Shown here one piece after another: positions 55,555 through 64,000 of a stretch of 64,000 nt of DNA. The translations under genes were made by a program, and so were the position numbers. The DNA is from an uncultured Syntrophaceae bacterium (GTDB lineage: Bacteria > Desulfobacterota > SM23-61). How positions within the stretch are numbered: the first letter of the stretch is position 1; each line of letters opens with the position of its first letter. The DNA is taken from the NCBI GenBank assembly GCA_964484485.1, contig CAZAGD010000043.1, forward strand, positions 5,660 to 69,659. The letters run 5' to 3'. The notes beneath the pieces were generated by a model. That model was not told the origin of the DNA. It searched no databases and saw only the letters and a list, made by a program, of their open reading frames with translations.

Positions 55555-58251
55555 ATGGACGTGATTACCACCCATATTAATGCTGATTTTGATTCTTTGG
55601 CCTCCATGCTGGCAGCCAAGAAATTATACCCCCAAGCCGTCATTGTTTTCCCGGGATCGCAAGAAAAAAATTTACGGGACTTTTTTGTGCAATCGGCATT
55701 TTACGTAATGGAGACCAAGCGCTTGAAAAACATCCCTTTTGATAAAGTGCGCCGGCTAATATTAGTGGATACCCGCCAACCTGGCCGCATAGGGAAATTT
55801 GCTGAATTAGCTCAGCGACCCCATGTGGAATTACATATTTTTGATCACCATCCGCCATCTGCAGAAGATCTGCATGGGCAGGTAGAATATATTCAAGAAG
55901 TGGGCGCCACTATAACCGTATTAATTAAAATTTTAAAAGAGCGGGGGATACCTATTAATGCCGAAGAGGCTACGATTATGGCCTTAGGATTATACGAGGA
56001 TACAGGATCTTTTACTTTCACTTCGACTACTAAAGAAGATCTGGAAGCAGGGGCTTTTCTCTTGGCTCACGGGGCTAATTTGAACATGGTGGCCAACATG
56101 ATTACCCGCGAACTTACCTCGGAACAGATTTCCCTCTTGAACGAATTGATCCATAGTAAGACTTCTTATCTCATCAAAGGCCTGGAGATAGTAGTGGCCA
56201 AAGCTACGGCTAATAAATATGTAGGAGATTTTGCTCTCCTGGTGCATAAGTTACGAGACATGGAGAATATACGGGTTCTTTTCGCTTTGGCGGAGATGGA
56301 GGACCGCGTTTATTTTGTGGGGCGGAGTAGTATTCCCGAAGTCAATGTGGGGGAGATTGCGGCTCTTTTTGGCGGAGGTGGGCATCCTACAGCAGCCTCA
56401 GCATCCATCAAAGGAATGAGCCTGGCCCAAGTAGAAGAAAAGCTTTTGACTTATTTGGAAGGTCGCCTGCCAGCGACAAAGTTGGCCCGCGATCTGATGT
56501 CTTTTCCGGTAAAGACCGTTGGGGTAAATGATACTATAGCCCATGCCAGTGAATTGCTTACCCGCTATAATATCAATGTTTTGCCGGTCATGGATAAAGA
56601 AAAATTAGTTGGTCTAATCTCCCGGCAAGTAATTGAAAAGGCGGCTTATCATGGATTCCGGGATGCTCCCGTTAAAGATTATATGACGAGCGAATTTGCT
56701 ATTGTTCATCCGCGCACCGCCTTGACTAAAGTGCAGGACATAATAGTAGGCCATAACCAGCGGTTTTTGCCGGTTATGGATAAAGATAAATTGGTAGGCG
56801 CCATCACCCGTACCGATCTGCTCCGCTGGATGTATACCAGCACTCATCAATCTTGGCCTGCTCCTGCCGAAAGAGAATTTTCAGCCCTCCGCCCGCGCAC
56901 CAAAGGAGTGGCAAACATCTTAGAAGAACGCTTACCGAAAGATGTACTTTCCTTAATGAAAACCATCGGGGAGATGGGTGCTAAATTAGGCTATCAAGTA
57001 TATGCTGTGGGCGGATTCGTCCGGGACCTTCTGCTGCGGATTGAAAATTTTGATATTGATATTGTAGTCGAAGGGGAGGGGATTAAATTAGCGCAACTCT
57101 TAGCGGAGCAGGGAGGCGGTCAAATTCAAGTACATAAAAAATTTGGCACAGCTACCTTAATCTTTCCCCAAGGAAGGCGGCTCGATATTGCTACCGCCCG
57201 CTTAGAGTATTATGAACATCCAGCCGCTCTTCCCCGTATCGAACATAGCTCTATCAAACTTGATCTTTTTCGCCGAGACTTTACTATAAACGCTTTAGCC
57301 CTCCACCTCCACCCGCAACACTTTGGGGAATTGATAGACTTTTTTGGCGGGCAGAGGGACCTGAAAGAAAAACTTATTAGGGTTATTCATAATTTGAGTT
57401 TTATAGAAGATCCAACCCGCATTTTTAGGGCCCTGCGTTTTGAACAACGGATCGGTTTTCAGATTGCCCGCCATACGCAGATGCTCATGGAAAATGCAGT
57501 CCGACTTGAACTTTTCGGGCGTTTATCAGGTAAAAGACTTTTTCATGAATTGGTACTTTGTCTGGCAGAGGAAAAGCCTTGGCGGGTTATCAAGCGGTTG
57601 GGAGATTATAATTTATTAAAATTCTTTCACCCCCGGCTAAATGTAGACCGATCTCTGGAGAACCTTTTTCAAAATTTGGAAAATGTTATCTCTTGGTATC
57701 AACTCTTATTTACGGGGGAGAAGTATGATAAATGGCTAGTATTTTTCCTAGGGTTGGTTGAACATCTGAACGAAAAAGAAATTCAAGACTTATTAAAAAG
57801 ACTTGCTCTTCCAGAAAAATTCAAAGAAAGATTTTTAGAAAATAGACGGTTGGCCTGGAAAGTGGAAGAAGAACTAATTCGTTATCCAGGGCTAAAGCGG
57901 AGCGAAATATATTTCCTGCTCAAGCCCTTGCCGGTTGAATTCCTTCTTTATGCTATGGGGAGAACAAGCTCGGCCGAGGCCCGCAAGGCGATTTCCCTTT
58001 ATTTTACTACTCTAAAACCAGTCCAAGTTTTGTTAAAAGGAAAAGATTTGAAAAAATTGGGATATCCGCCGGGGCCGATTTATAATAAAATCTTTCATGA
58101 CCTGCTCCGGGCTCGTTTAGACGGAGAATTGCATACTTATCAAGATGAAGTTGCTTTTGTGCAAAAACATTTTGCCTCTAATCGCGATATGGCTAAAGAG
58201 GATGGTTACCTAATTAATTTAACTTCCGCGAAGGAAAGGAGTACAGTTTGA
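55555..58251 (+). CDS. tRNA nucleotidyltransferase with N-terminal DHH/DHHA1 and CBS domains (A-adding-like)
   Basis: THINADFD, DHH, GGGGHPTAASA, CBS pair, VGGFVRD..DIDI, ARLEYYEHPAALP, RRDFTINA, EDPTRIFRA. Confidence 0.88.
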   Translation: MDVITTHINADFDSLASMLAAKKLYPQAVIVFPGSQEKNLRDFFVQSAFYVMETKRLKNIPFDKVRRLILVDTRQPGRIGKFAELAQRPHVELHIFDHHPPSAEDLHGQVEYIQEVGATITVLIKILKERGIPINAEEATIMALGLYEDTGSFTFTSTTKEDLEAGAFLLAHGANLNMVANMITRELTSEQISLLNELIHSKTSYLIKGLEIVVAKATANKYVGDFALLVHKLRDMENIRVLFALAEMEDRVYFVGRSSIPEVNVGEIAALFGGGGHPTAASASIKGMSLAQVEEKLLTYLEGRLPATKLARDLMSFPVKTVGVNDTIAHASELLTRYNINVLPVMDKEKLVGLISRQVIEKAAYHGFRDAPVKDYMTSEFAIVHPRTALTKVQDIIVGHNQRFLPVMDKDKLVGAITRTDLLRWMYTSTHQSWPAPAEREFSALRPRTKGVANILEERLPKDVLSLMKTIGEMGAKLGYQVYAVGGFVRDLLLRIENFDIDIVVEGEGIKLAQLLAEQGGGQIQVHKKFGTATLIFPQGRRLDIATARLEYYEHPAALPRIEHSSIKLDLFRRDFTINALALHLHPQHFGELIDFFGGQRDLKEKLIRVIHNLSFIEDPTRIFRALRFEQRIGFQIARHTQMLMENAVRLELFGRLSGKRLFHELVLCLAEEKPWRVIKRLGDYNLLKFFHPRLNVDRSLENLFQNLENVISWYQLLFTGEKYDKWLVFFLGLVEHLNEKEIQDLLKRLALPEKFKERFLENRRLAWKVEEELIRYPGLKRSEIYFLLKPLPVEFLLYAMGRTSSAEARKAISLYFTTLKPVQVLLKGKDLKKLGYPPGPIYNKIFHDLLRARLDGELHTYQDEVAFVQKHFASNRDMAKEDGYLINLTSAKERSTV

Positions 58252-58254
58252 GGT

Positions 58255-59241
58255 ATGGATAAACAACGTGTCTTAAGTGGTATGCGTCCCTCAGGAAAGC
58301 TGCATTTGGGGAATTTAGCGGGAGCCTTGGAAAATTGGAAAAAACTGCAGGAAGATTATGAATGTTACTTTTTCGCGGCTGATTGGCATGCTTTGACCAC
58401 CGAATATAGTAACCCGGAGATAATTAGGGCCAGCATAAGCGAAATGTTCCTTGATTGGTTAAGCGTTGGTTTATCGCCAGAGAAGAGCGTGCTTTTTATC
58501 CAATCCCGAATTAAAGAACATGCCGAATTGCATTTACTCTTATCTATGATAACCCCCCTTTCTTGGTTAGAGCGGGTACCCACTTATAAAGAACAGCAGC
58601 AAGAATTGAATAACAAAGATTTGTCTACCTATGGGTTTTTGGGTTATCCTCTCTTGCAAACTGCTGATATAATTATCTATAAAGCCCATAAAGTACCGGT
58701 GGGCATAGATCAAGTTCCCCATGTGGAGCTTTCGCGAGAAATTGCGCGCCGGTTTAACTTCTTTTACGGGCCGGTTTTTCCTTTGCCCGAACCGTTGCTT
58801 ACGGAAGTTCCTAAATTATTAGGTATCGACGGGCGCAAAATGAGCAAATCTTACAACAACGCCATTTACATTTCTGATACTCCCGAAGAGATCCGCCAGA
58901 AAGTTAGCCAAATGTTTACTGACCCTAACCGTATCCGGCGGAATGACCCGGGCAATCCCGAGATATGCAATGTTTTCTCCTTCCATCGCCTCTACAGTTC
59001 ACCCCAGTTAGTCGAGGAGATTAACATAAGTTGTCGTCAAGGTGGCCTAGGTTGCGTGGAAGACAAAAAGATTATGGCTGAAAATTTGATTAACTACTTG
59101 GCGCCCATCCATGAAAAAAGGAGGCAAATTTTACAGAACCCCCATTTATTAGAAGAAGTAATTGAGGATGGCTGCCGCCGGGCTGGAGAAGTAGCGAGGC
59201 AGACCATGGAGGAAGTTCGGCAGGCTATGAAAATAAGTTAG
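58255..59241 (+). CDS. trpS: Tryptophan--tRNA ligase
   Basis: SGMRPSGKLHLGN, YPLLQTADI, VPVG.DQ..H, KMSKS. Confidence 0.97.
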   Translation: MDKQRVLSGMRPSGKLHLGNLAGALENWKKLQEDYECYFFAADWHALTTEYSNPEIIRASISEMFLDWLSVGLSPEKSVLFIQSRIKEHAELHLLLSMITPLSWLERVPTYKEQQQELNNKDLSTYGFLGYPLLQTADIIIYKAHKVPVGIDQVPHVELSREIARRFNFFYGPVFPLPEPLLTEVPKLLGIDGRKMSKSYNNAIYISDTPEEIRQKVSQMFTDPNRIRRNDPGNPEICNVFSFHRLYSSPQLVEEINISCRQGGLGCVEDKKIMAENLINYLAPIHEKRRQILQNPHLLEEVIEDGCRRAGEVARQTMEEVRQAMKIS

Positions 59242-59270
59242 GAAGAGGCCGCTAAATAGAGGAAAAAACG

Positions 59271-60083
59271 ATGGCCCAAGATAGTCTTTATCCGGAATTC
59301 GAACAGCCCGAATTACCTTTAAACGTGAAGCTGGAAATTTTTGAAGGTCCGCTGGATCTTCTCTTGCATTTGATCAAAAAGAATGAAATCAATATCTATG
59401 ATATTCCCATTACCTTGATTACGCAGCAATACTTGGAATATTTGGAGATGATGAAGAACCTCAACTTAGATGTAGCGGGTGAATTTCTGCTCATGGCGGC
59501 AACCCTTTTGCATATAAAATCTAAGATGCTGTTGCCGCCTGCGGAAAGCGCTGAGGAAGAAGGGGAAGAAGAGGCGGCTGAAGACCCGCGGGCCGAATTA
59601 GTAAGACGGCTACTCGAATACCAGAAGTACAAAGAAGCGGCTGTGGAATTAGCCAAGAGGGATTTGCTGGAGCGTGAGGTATTTACCCGAAAAGTACTAA
59701 GCGATGAATTAATTAATCTCCCTGCGGAAGAGGTAGTCATAGGTGAATTAACCTTGTTTGATTTGATCGAGGCTTTAAAGAAAGTCCTCCAGCGTGTTTC
59801 GCCAGAAGAGTTTCAAGAAATTTCTCTGGATAGTTTTAGCCTCAAGGAAAAGATCCAGCAGATAATGGAGTTAATCTGGAAAGAAAACAGCATTTCTTTT
59901 ACCCAGCTTTTTCCTCCGGAAGCTTCCAAGCGGGAGATTATTCTAAGTTTTTTAGCCCTCTTGGAACTTTTGCGCCTCCGTTTAGTAAAAGCCTATCAAA
60001 CAGAGGCATTTGGCCCGATCCGTATCTTTTCACCCATAGATGTGGAAGAAGGAAGAAAATTTATAGCGGAAGGGGTTTGGTAA
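59271..60083 (+). CDS. scpA: Segregation and condensation protein A
   Basis: FEGPLDLLLHLI, AGEFLLMAATL, DPRAELVRRL.EY, FLALLEL. Confidence 0.95.
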   Translation: MAQDSLYPEFEQPELPLNVKLEIFEGPLDLLLHLIKKNEINIYDIPITLITQQYLEYLEMMKNLNLDVAGEFLLMAATLLHIKSKMLLPPAESAEEEGEEEAAEDPRAELVRRLLEYQKYKEAAVELAKRDLLEREVFTRKVLSDELINLPAEEVVIGELTLFDLIEALKKVLQRVSPEEFQEISLDSFSLKEKIQQIMELIWKENSISFTQLFPPEASKREIILSFLALLELLRLRLVKAYQTEAFGPIRIFSPIDVEEGRKFIAEGVW

Positions 60084-60084
60084 A

Positions 60085-60798
60085 ATGGATAATCAACATT
60101 TACCGGCCATCATCGAAGCTTTAATCTTCGCTGCCGAGGCCCCTTTGCCTTTAGAAAAGATTAGAGAAATTTTGGATGTGCCCAAGAAAGAAGTCCAAGG
60201 CATACTGGAGCAGCTGCGCGCCGACTATGCTAATCAAGAGCGAGGTTTTACTTTGGTAGAGGTGGCTGAAGGCTGGCAGTTTCGCACCCGTCCTGAATAT
60301 GCGCCTTGGATCAGAAAAATGAAGAAAGCAAAGACCTTCGCCCTCAGTCAGCCTGCTTTGGAAACTTTAGCCGTCATTGCCTATAAACAACCAATCATGC
60401 GCTCAGAAATCGAAAAAATTCGGGGCGTAGATTCCGGAGGGGTGCTGCGGACGCTATTAGAAAAAAAGCTCATAAAAATTTTGGGGAGGAAAGATATACC
60501 CGGCCGTCCCTTAGTCTATGGGACGTCGCGGCATTTTTTGGAGACTTTTGGACTCAAAGATTTGACCAGTTTACCTACCATAAAAGAAATGGAAAGTTTG
60601 GGGGCTGGGGAGAGAGAAAAAATTTTATCGACCAATGGGCTTATGAATCCTGGCCAAGAAAATGTACCTGAGGGAGAAGGGGATGATTGGGGGCCGCAAG
60701 AAACGGAAAGGGAACTAAAAAAAGAAGAAGTTAAGGAAAATTTGCCGGAAGCGAAAATAAATGAACAATCTTGTGAGAATATCGAAAATTCTGGCTGA
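60085..60798 (+). CDS. scpB: Segregation and condensation protein B
   Basis: IEALIF, LSQPALETLAVIAYKQPI, IRGVDS, GRPLVYGT...FL..FGL; acidic tail. Confidence 0.95.
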   Translation: MDNQHLPAIIEALIFAAEAPLPLEKIREILDVPKKEVQGILEQLRADYANQERGFTLVEVAEGWQFRTRPEYAPWIRKMKKAKTFALSQPALETLAVIAYKQPIMRSEIEKIRGVDSGGVLRTLLEKKLIKILGRKDIPGRPLVYGTSRHFLETFGLKDLTSLPTIKEMESLGAGEREKILSTNGLMNPGQENVPEGEGDDWGPQETERELKKEEVKENLPEAKINEQSCENIENSG

Positions 60799-61507
60799 CG
60801 CGGGTTTAGCCTCCAGGCGTAAAGCCGAGGAATTAATCCGGGAAGGAAGAGTTACGGTTAATGGCCGGGTGGCGCAGATTGGCGACAAAGCTAACCCGGT
60901 CCAAGACCATATAAAGGTAGACGGCCGGCGCATCTCGCCTCTGACTAATAAAGTTTATATAATCCTTTACAAACCTAAAGGAGTAGTAACTTCCATAGAT
61001 GATCCGGAGGGGAGAACGACGGTCTTGGACTTAATTAAACCATTAAAAACTCGTCTTTTCCCGGTCGGTCGCCTCGATTTCGACGCTGAGGGAGTTCTCC
61101 TTTTGACGAATGATGGCCAGATGGCCCATTGTTTAACCCACCCTTCGTTCCGAGTGCCCCGCAAATACTTAGTTAAAATTAAGGGCCAGCCTACGGAGGA
61201 AGAAATAGAAAAACTCCAGCAGGGGGTAAAATTGGCCGATGGCCATACGGCTCCTTGTCTCATTTTTCCGGTGAAAAAAACTACCGAAAATCTCTGGGTA
61301 GAGATGACTTTATACGAAGGGCGCAATAGACAAATAAAGAGAATGTGGGAAAAAACCGGTTATCAAGTATTGAAATTAAAAAGAATAGCTTTTGCCGGCC
61401 TAAGCTTGGGAAAAATGCGCCCTGGGGAATATCGTTTTTTGACTCCGCGCGAGTTGCAAAAGCTGCAGAAAATTATCCAAAATAAAAAATCCATCCCCAT
61501 GGGCTAA
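60761..61507 (+). CDS. rluB: rRNA pseudouridine synthase, RluB/RsuA family
   Basis: S4 domain (ASRRKAEELI..GRV), PVGRLD catalytic Asp, EGRNRQIKRM; follows scpB. Confidence 0.8.
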   Translation: MNNLVRISKILADAGLASRRKAEELIREGRVTVNGRVAQIGDKANPVQDHIKVDGRRISPLTNKVYIILYKPKGVVTSIDDPEGRTTVLDLIKPLKTRLFPVGRLDFDAEGVLLLTNDGQMAHCLTHPSFRVPRKYLVKIKGQPTEEEIEKLQQGVKLADGHTAPCLIFPVKKTTENLWVEMTLYEGRNRQIKRMWEKTGYQVLKLKRIAFAGLSLGKMRPGEYRFLTPRELQKLQKIIQNKKSIPMG

Positions 61508-61517
61508 GGCAAAAATT

Positions 61518-62027
61518 ATGGAGTTCTCTAAAAAGGGCGATGAAGGTTTTACCAGTCTTTTAGGTGGGGAAAGAGTTTCTAAAGCAGATCCCAGACCGGA
61601 AACTTACGGCACAATTGATGAGGCCAGTTCTGCTTTAGGATTAGCCCGAGCTACAGCTGCTCGTGAACAAACCCAGGCCATTATTCTTTCTATCCAAAAA
61701 GACTTGCAGATCTTAGCGGCCGAGTTAGCTAGCGGAGCCCTCGCCAAGACTCCTTATCCCTACCGAATTGAGACAACTCATGTACAAAGGTTAGAAAATT
61801 TAATTGCTGATTTACAAAAGGATGTAACTCTACCAAACGAGTTTATTTTGCCCGGCAAGACTCTTTCTTCTGCCGCTATCGACTTAGCCCGGACTATTAT
61901 CCGCAGAGCAGAGCGCCGCGCCGTGCTTTTGTACCAGGAAAAAATTATTGACAATCCGCAGGTCTTAGCCTTCCTTAACCGCTTGGCGGATCTCCTTTTT
62001 ACTTTGGCCAGATATGAGGAAGCTTGA
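61518..62027 (+). CDS. PduO-type cob(I)alamin adenosyltransferase
   Basis: KKGDEGFTSL, YGTIDE, FILPG, ARTIIRRAER, FLNRLADLLF.LAR. Confidence 0.88.
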   Translation: MEFSKKGDEGFTSLLGGERVSKADPRPETYGTIDEASSALGLARATAAREQTQAIILSIQKDLQILAAELASGALAKTPYPYRIETTHVQRLENLIADLQKDVTLPNEFILPGKTLSSAAIDLARTIIRRAERRAVLLYQEKIIDNPQVLAFLNRLADLLFTLARYEEA

Positions 62028-62030
62028 TTA

Positions 62031-63413
62031 ATGTTTTCGCTTCTCCAACAGGTCAAAAAGACCATAGACAAGTATGAAATGCTCCAACCTGGCGATGGAG
62101 TAGTGATTGGCGTATCCGGAGGACCTGATTCCATGGCTCTTTTGCGGGTCCTCTGGGAATTACGGCTAGAGCTTCGTCTTTCCCTTTATGTAGCCCATTT
62201 GAACCATGGGCTTCGCCCGGAAGCAGAAGAAGAGAAAAAGTTTGTGCAAAAAGCGGCCGGGGCTTTAAGTCTGCCCTTTTTTTATCAGAAAGCTGATGTG
62301 TTAGCTAGGCAAAAAGAGAAAAATATTCCCCTGCAAGAAGCAGCCCGGGAGGTGCGCTACGCTTTTCTAAACGAAGTCGCCCAAAAACAGCGGGCCACCA
62401 AAATTGCCTTGGGACATACTGCTGATGATCAAGTAGAGTCAATTGTGATGCGCTTCCTGCGTGGCTCAGGGTCGCGGGGCTTGGCCGGAATTCCTCCGGT
62501 GCGGGAAGGCCTTTATATTCGCCCTTTGATCGAATGCTGGCGGGAACAGATCGAAGATTTTTTACAGAAAAAGAAAATCTCTTTCTTGACCGATCCTTCC
62601 AATCGTTATTTACATTATTTACGGAATCGGATTCGGCATGAGCTTATTCCTTTGCTCCAAAAGTATAATCCCAATTTGCCCCATACGCTCTGGCAAATGG
62701 CCGAGATATTTCGGGCGGAAGAAGAATACTGGGAGAATCTCCTCCAAGAGAAGTTTTTTTCTTTTGTGCGCCAGCAAAAAAAAGACGCACTTATTTTAGA
62801 TATTCCCTCGTTACAGGAACAGCCTTTAGCCATGCAGTGGCGAGTTATCCGCCAGGCTATCCGGAATAGCTTAGGTCATCTACGCCGCATAGGTTTTATC
62901 CATGTTTGGGATATAACCCGTTTGATTCAATCTCCAGAACCGAATAAGACTCTGTTACTTCCTCACGGAGTGCGCGTGATCAAGTCTTATCAGACACTAA
63001 CTTTAGCCTTACAGCCTGAGCACATCCCCTCTTTTAATTATCAAATTTTGGGCCCAGGCTATATAGAGATACCGGAAATAGGCCGAGCCCTGAATTTGGA
63101 AATTACTTCTCGCCCTTCTCTAAATAAAGAAAGGGCTTCTAATAATGTAGCTTTCTTGGATTTTGATCATTTAGACTTCCCTTTACTTATTAGGTCATTC
63201 CGGCCCGGGGATCGCCTCCAACCTTTGGGCATGGAAAAGGAAAAGAAGCTAAAGGATCTTTTTATAGATTTAAAAATTCCCGTTCGCCAACGGCGCCTGA
63301 TTCCGCTACTCTTTAAAAATGACCAGATTCTTTGGGTGGCTGGAATCCGTCTTGACCACCGGGCACGGGTAAAACCAGAGACGAAAAGAGTTTTGCGGGT
63401 CGAGATATTCTGA
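62031..63413 (+). CDS. tilS: tRNA(Ile)-lysidine synthetase
   Basis: VSGGPDSMAL, HLNHGLR, REVRY, GHTADDQ.E, RN.IRH; C-terminal KKLKDLFID.KIP...R..IPL. Confidence 0.96.
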   Translation: MFSLLQQVKKTIDKYEMLQPGDGVVIGVSGGPDSMALLRVLWELRLELRLSLYVAHLNHGLRPEAEEEKKFVQKAAGALSLPFFYQKADVLARQKEKNIPLQEAAREVRYAFLNEVAQKQRATKIALGHTADDQVESIVMRFLRGSGSRGLAGIPPVREGLYIRPLIECWREQIEDFLQKKKISFLTDPSNRYLHYLRNRIRHELIPLLQKYNPNLPHTLWQMAEIFRAEEEYWENLLQEKFFSFVRQQKKDALILDIPSLQEQPLAMQWRVIRQAIRNSLGHLRRIGFIHVWDITRLIQSPEPNKTLLLPHGVRVIKSYQTLTLALQPEHIPSFNYQILGPGYIEIPEIGRALNLEITSRPSLNKERASNNVAFLDFDHLDFPLLIRSFRPGDRLQPLGMEKEKKLKDLFIDLKIPVRQRRLIPLLFKNDQILWVAGIRLDHRARVKPETKRVLRVEIF

Positions 63414-63739
63414 ATCTTTGGCCCATATTTTCTGCGTAAATATTATCCGCCTTAAGAAAGTAGATCCCCCATTAATCCTTTCGCAAAGGAAGATGCGGCG
63501 GGATTTGTATAACAAAACTTCCAGATTTGGCAAATATTTAGTATAGCGGGGAATTAAAGTTAAAGAAGATTTTTCCGTTGTGCAAAACCTTACTTTGTGC
63601 TATAAATATTTAAACTTAGAAGAAGCGTAAAAATAGTTTCTTTTTCCTTTTTTAAGCAAATTAACCCGGAAAGTAAAATAAGCAAATTAGTACCCAGGGG
63701 TGAAAAGAAACCAAATTTTAATCAATTAGAAAGAGGCTT

Positions 63740-64000
63740 ATGGGGGAAAAGAGAGTGGGCCCCTTTTATAAAAATTTGGCGATTTGGCTGGTCATCAGCG
63801 TGATGATGATCTTGCTCTTCAATCTTTTTAACCAACCTCGTTCTTCCTCAGAAAAAATAATTTTTAGCGAATTCTTGAGCGCCTTAGACCGGGGAGAGAT
63901 TAAAGAAGTCACCATTCAAGGACATAATATCTCCGGCCGGTTTGCTAATCGCCGAGAATTTAAAACTTATGCGCCCAATTATCCTGAGCTCATTAAAATT
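63740..64000 (+). CDS. ftsH: ATP-dependent zinc metalloprotease FtsH (5' part, truncated by window end)
   Basis: Read manually: MGEKRVGPFYKNLAIWLVISVMMILLFNLFNQPR...IIFSEFLSALDRGEIKEVTIQG, a typical FtsH N-terminus downstream of tilS; alternative GTG start 63755. Confidence 0.85.
   Translation, partial: MGEKRVGPFYKNLAIWLVISVMMILLFNLFNQPRSSSEKIIFSEFLSALDRGEIKEVTIQGHNISGRFANRREFKTYAPNYPELIKI

Noticed and set aside
709-63533. Numerous 60-160 aa ORFs in the track that overlap longer genes (e.g. 3913-4377, 9376-9792, 27019-27492, 39123-39518, 48210-48683, 49384-49794)
   Set aside because: Antisense or alternate-frame shadows of well-supported genes, with no motifs or ribosome-binding sites.
63414-63739. 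hpt pseudogene between tilS and ftsH
   Set aside because: No recognisable phosphoribosyltransferase remnant; the spacer holds a plausible promoter (TTGTGC-N17-TATAAA, 63578-63606).

Overview
Chromosomal window from a moderately AT-rich bacterium, probably Desulfobacterota/deltaproteobacterial (inferred from gene order such as pgpA-cinA-thpR-recA-recX-alaS, tsaD-rsmA, xerD-CBS nucleotidyltransferase-trpS-scpAB). Housekeeping genes: alaS, recA/recX, tsaD, rsmA, ttcA, miaB, xerD, trpS, scpAB, rluB, tilS, partial ftsH, tRNA-Met(CAT), tRNA-Arg(CCT). Type IV pilus motor genes are split into pilB-pilC and pilT-pilU, each with a sigma28-like GCCGATAA promoter. An acyl-CoA operon (crt-hbd-small Cys-rich protein-split B12 mutase) has mutase residues F88/Q206 that point to isobutyryl-CoA rather than methylmalonyl-CoA mutase. 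There is a dense set of organic-acid uptake systems: 3 TAXI-TRAP pairs, 1 DctPQM and 1 orphan Bug/TctC protein. The most striking signal is non-coding. Many of the larger intergenic regions carry short repeat elements, and no transposase lies in the window. (A) A 113-294 bp MITE family with IS50-like CTGACCGTC ends and 9-bp target duplications (5 complete copies plus 2 lone ends). (B) GTAG-hairpin REP/REPIN-like elements (about 9 copies). (C) dRS3-like ATTCCC-N8-GGGAAT repeats. (D) CCCCTCTT/AAGAGGGG hairpins. (E) TTTCACCGC/CTCTGCG-type repeats. Four of these families (B, D, E and an 8-bp tandem repeat) pile up in the 1.1 kb pilT-xerD spacer. No CRISPR array, prophage or rRNA was seen. Alignments were done by eye; no searches were run.
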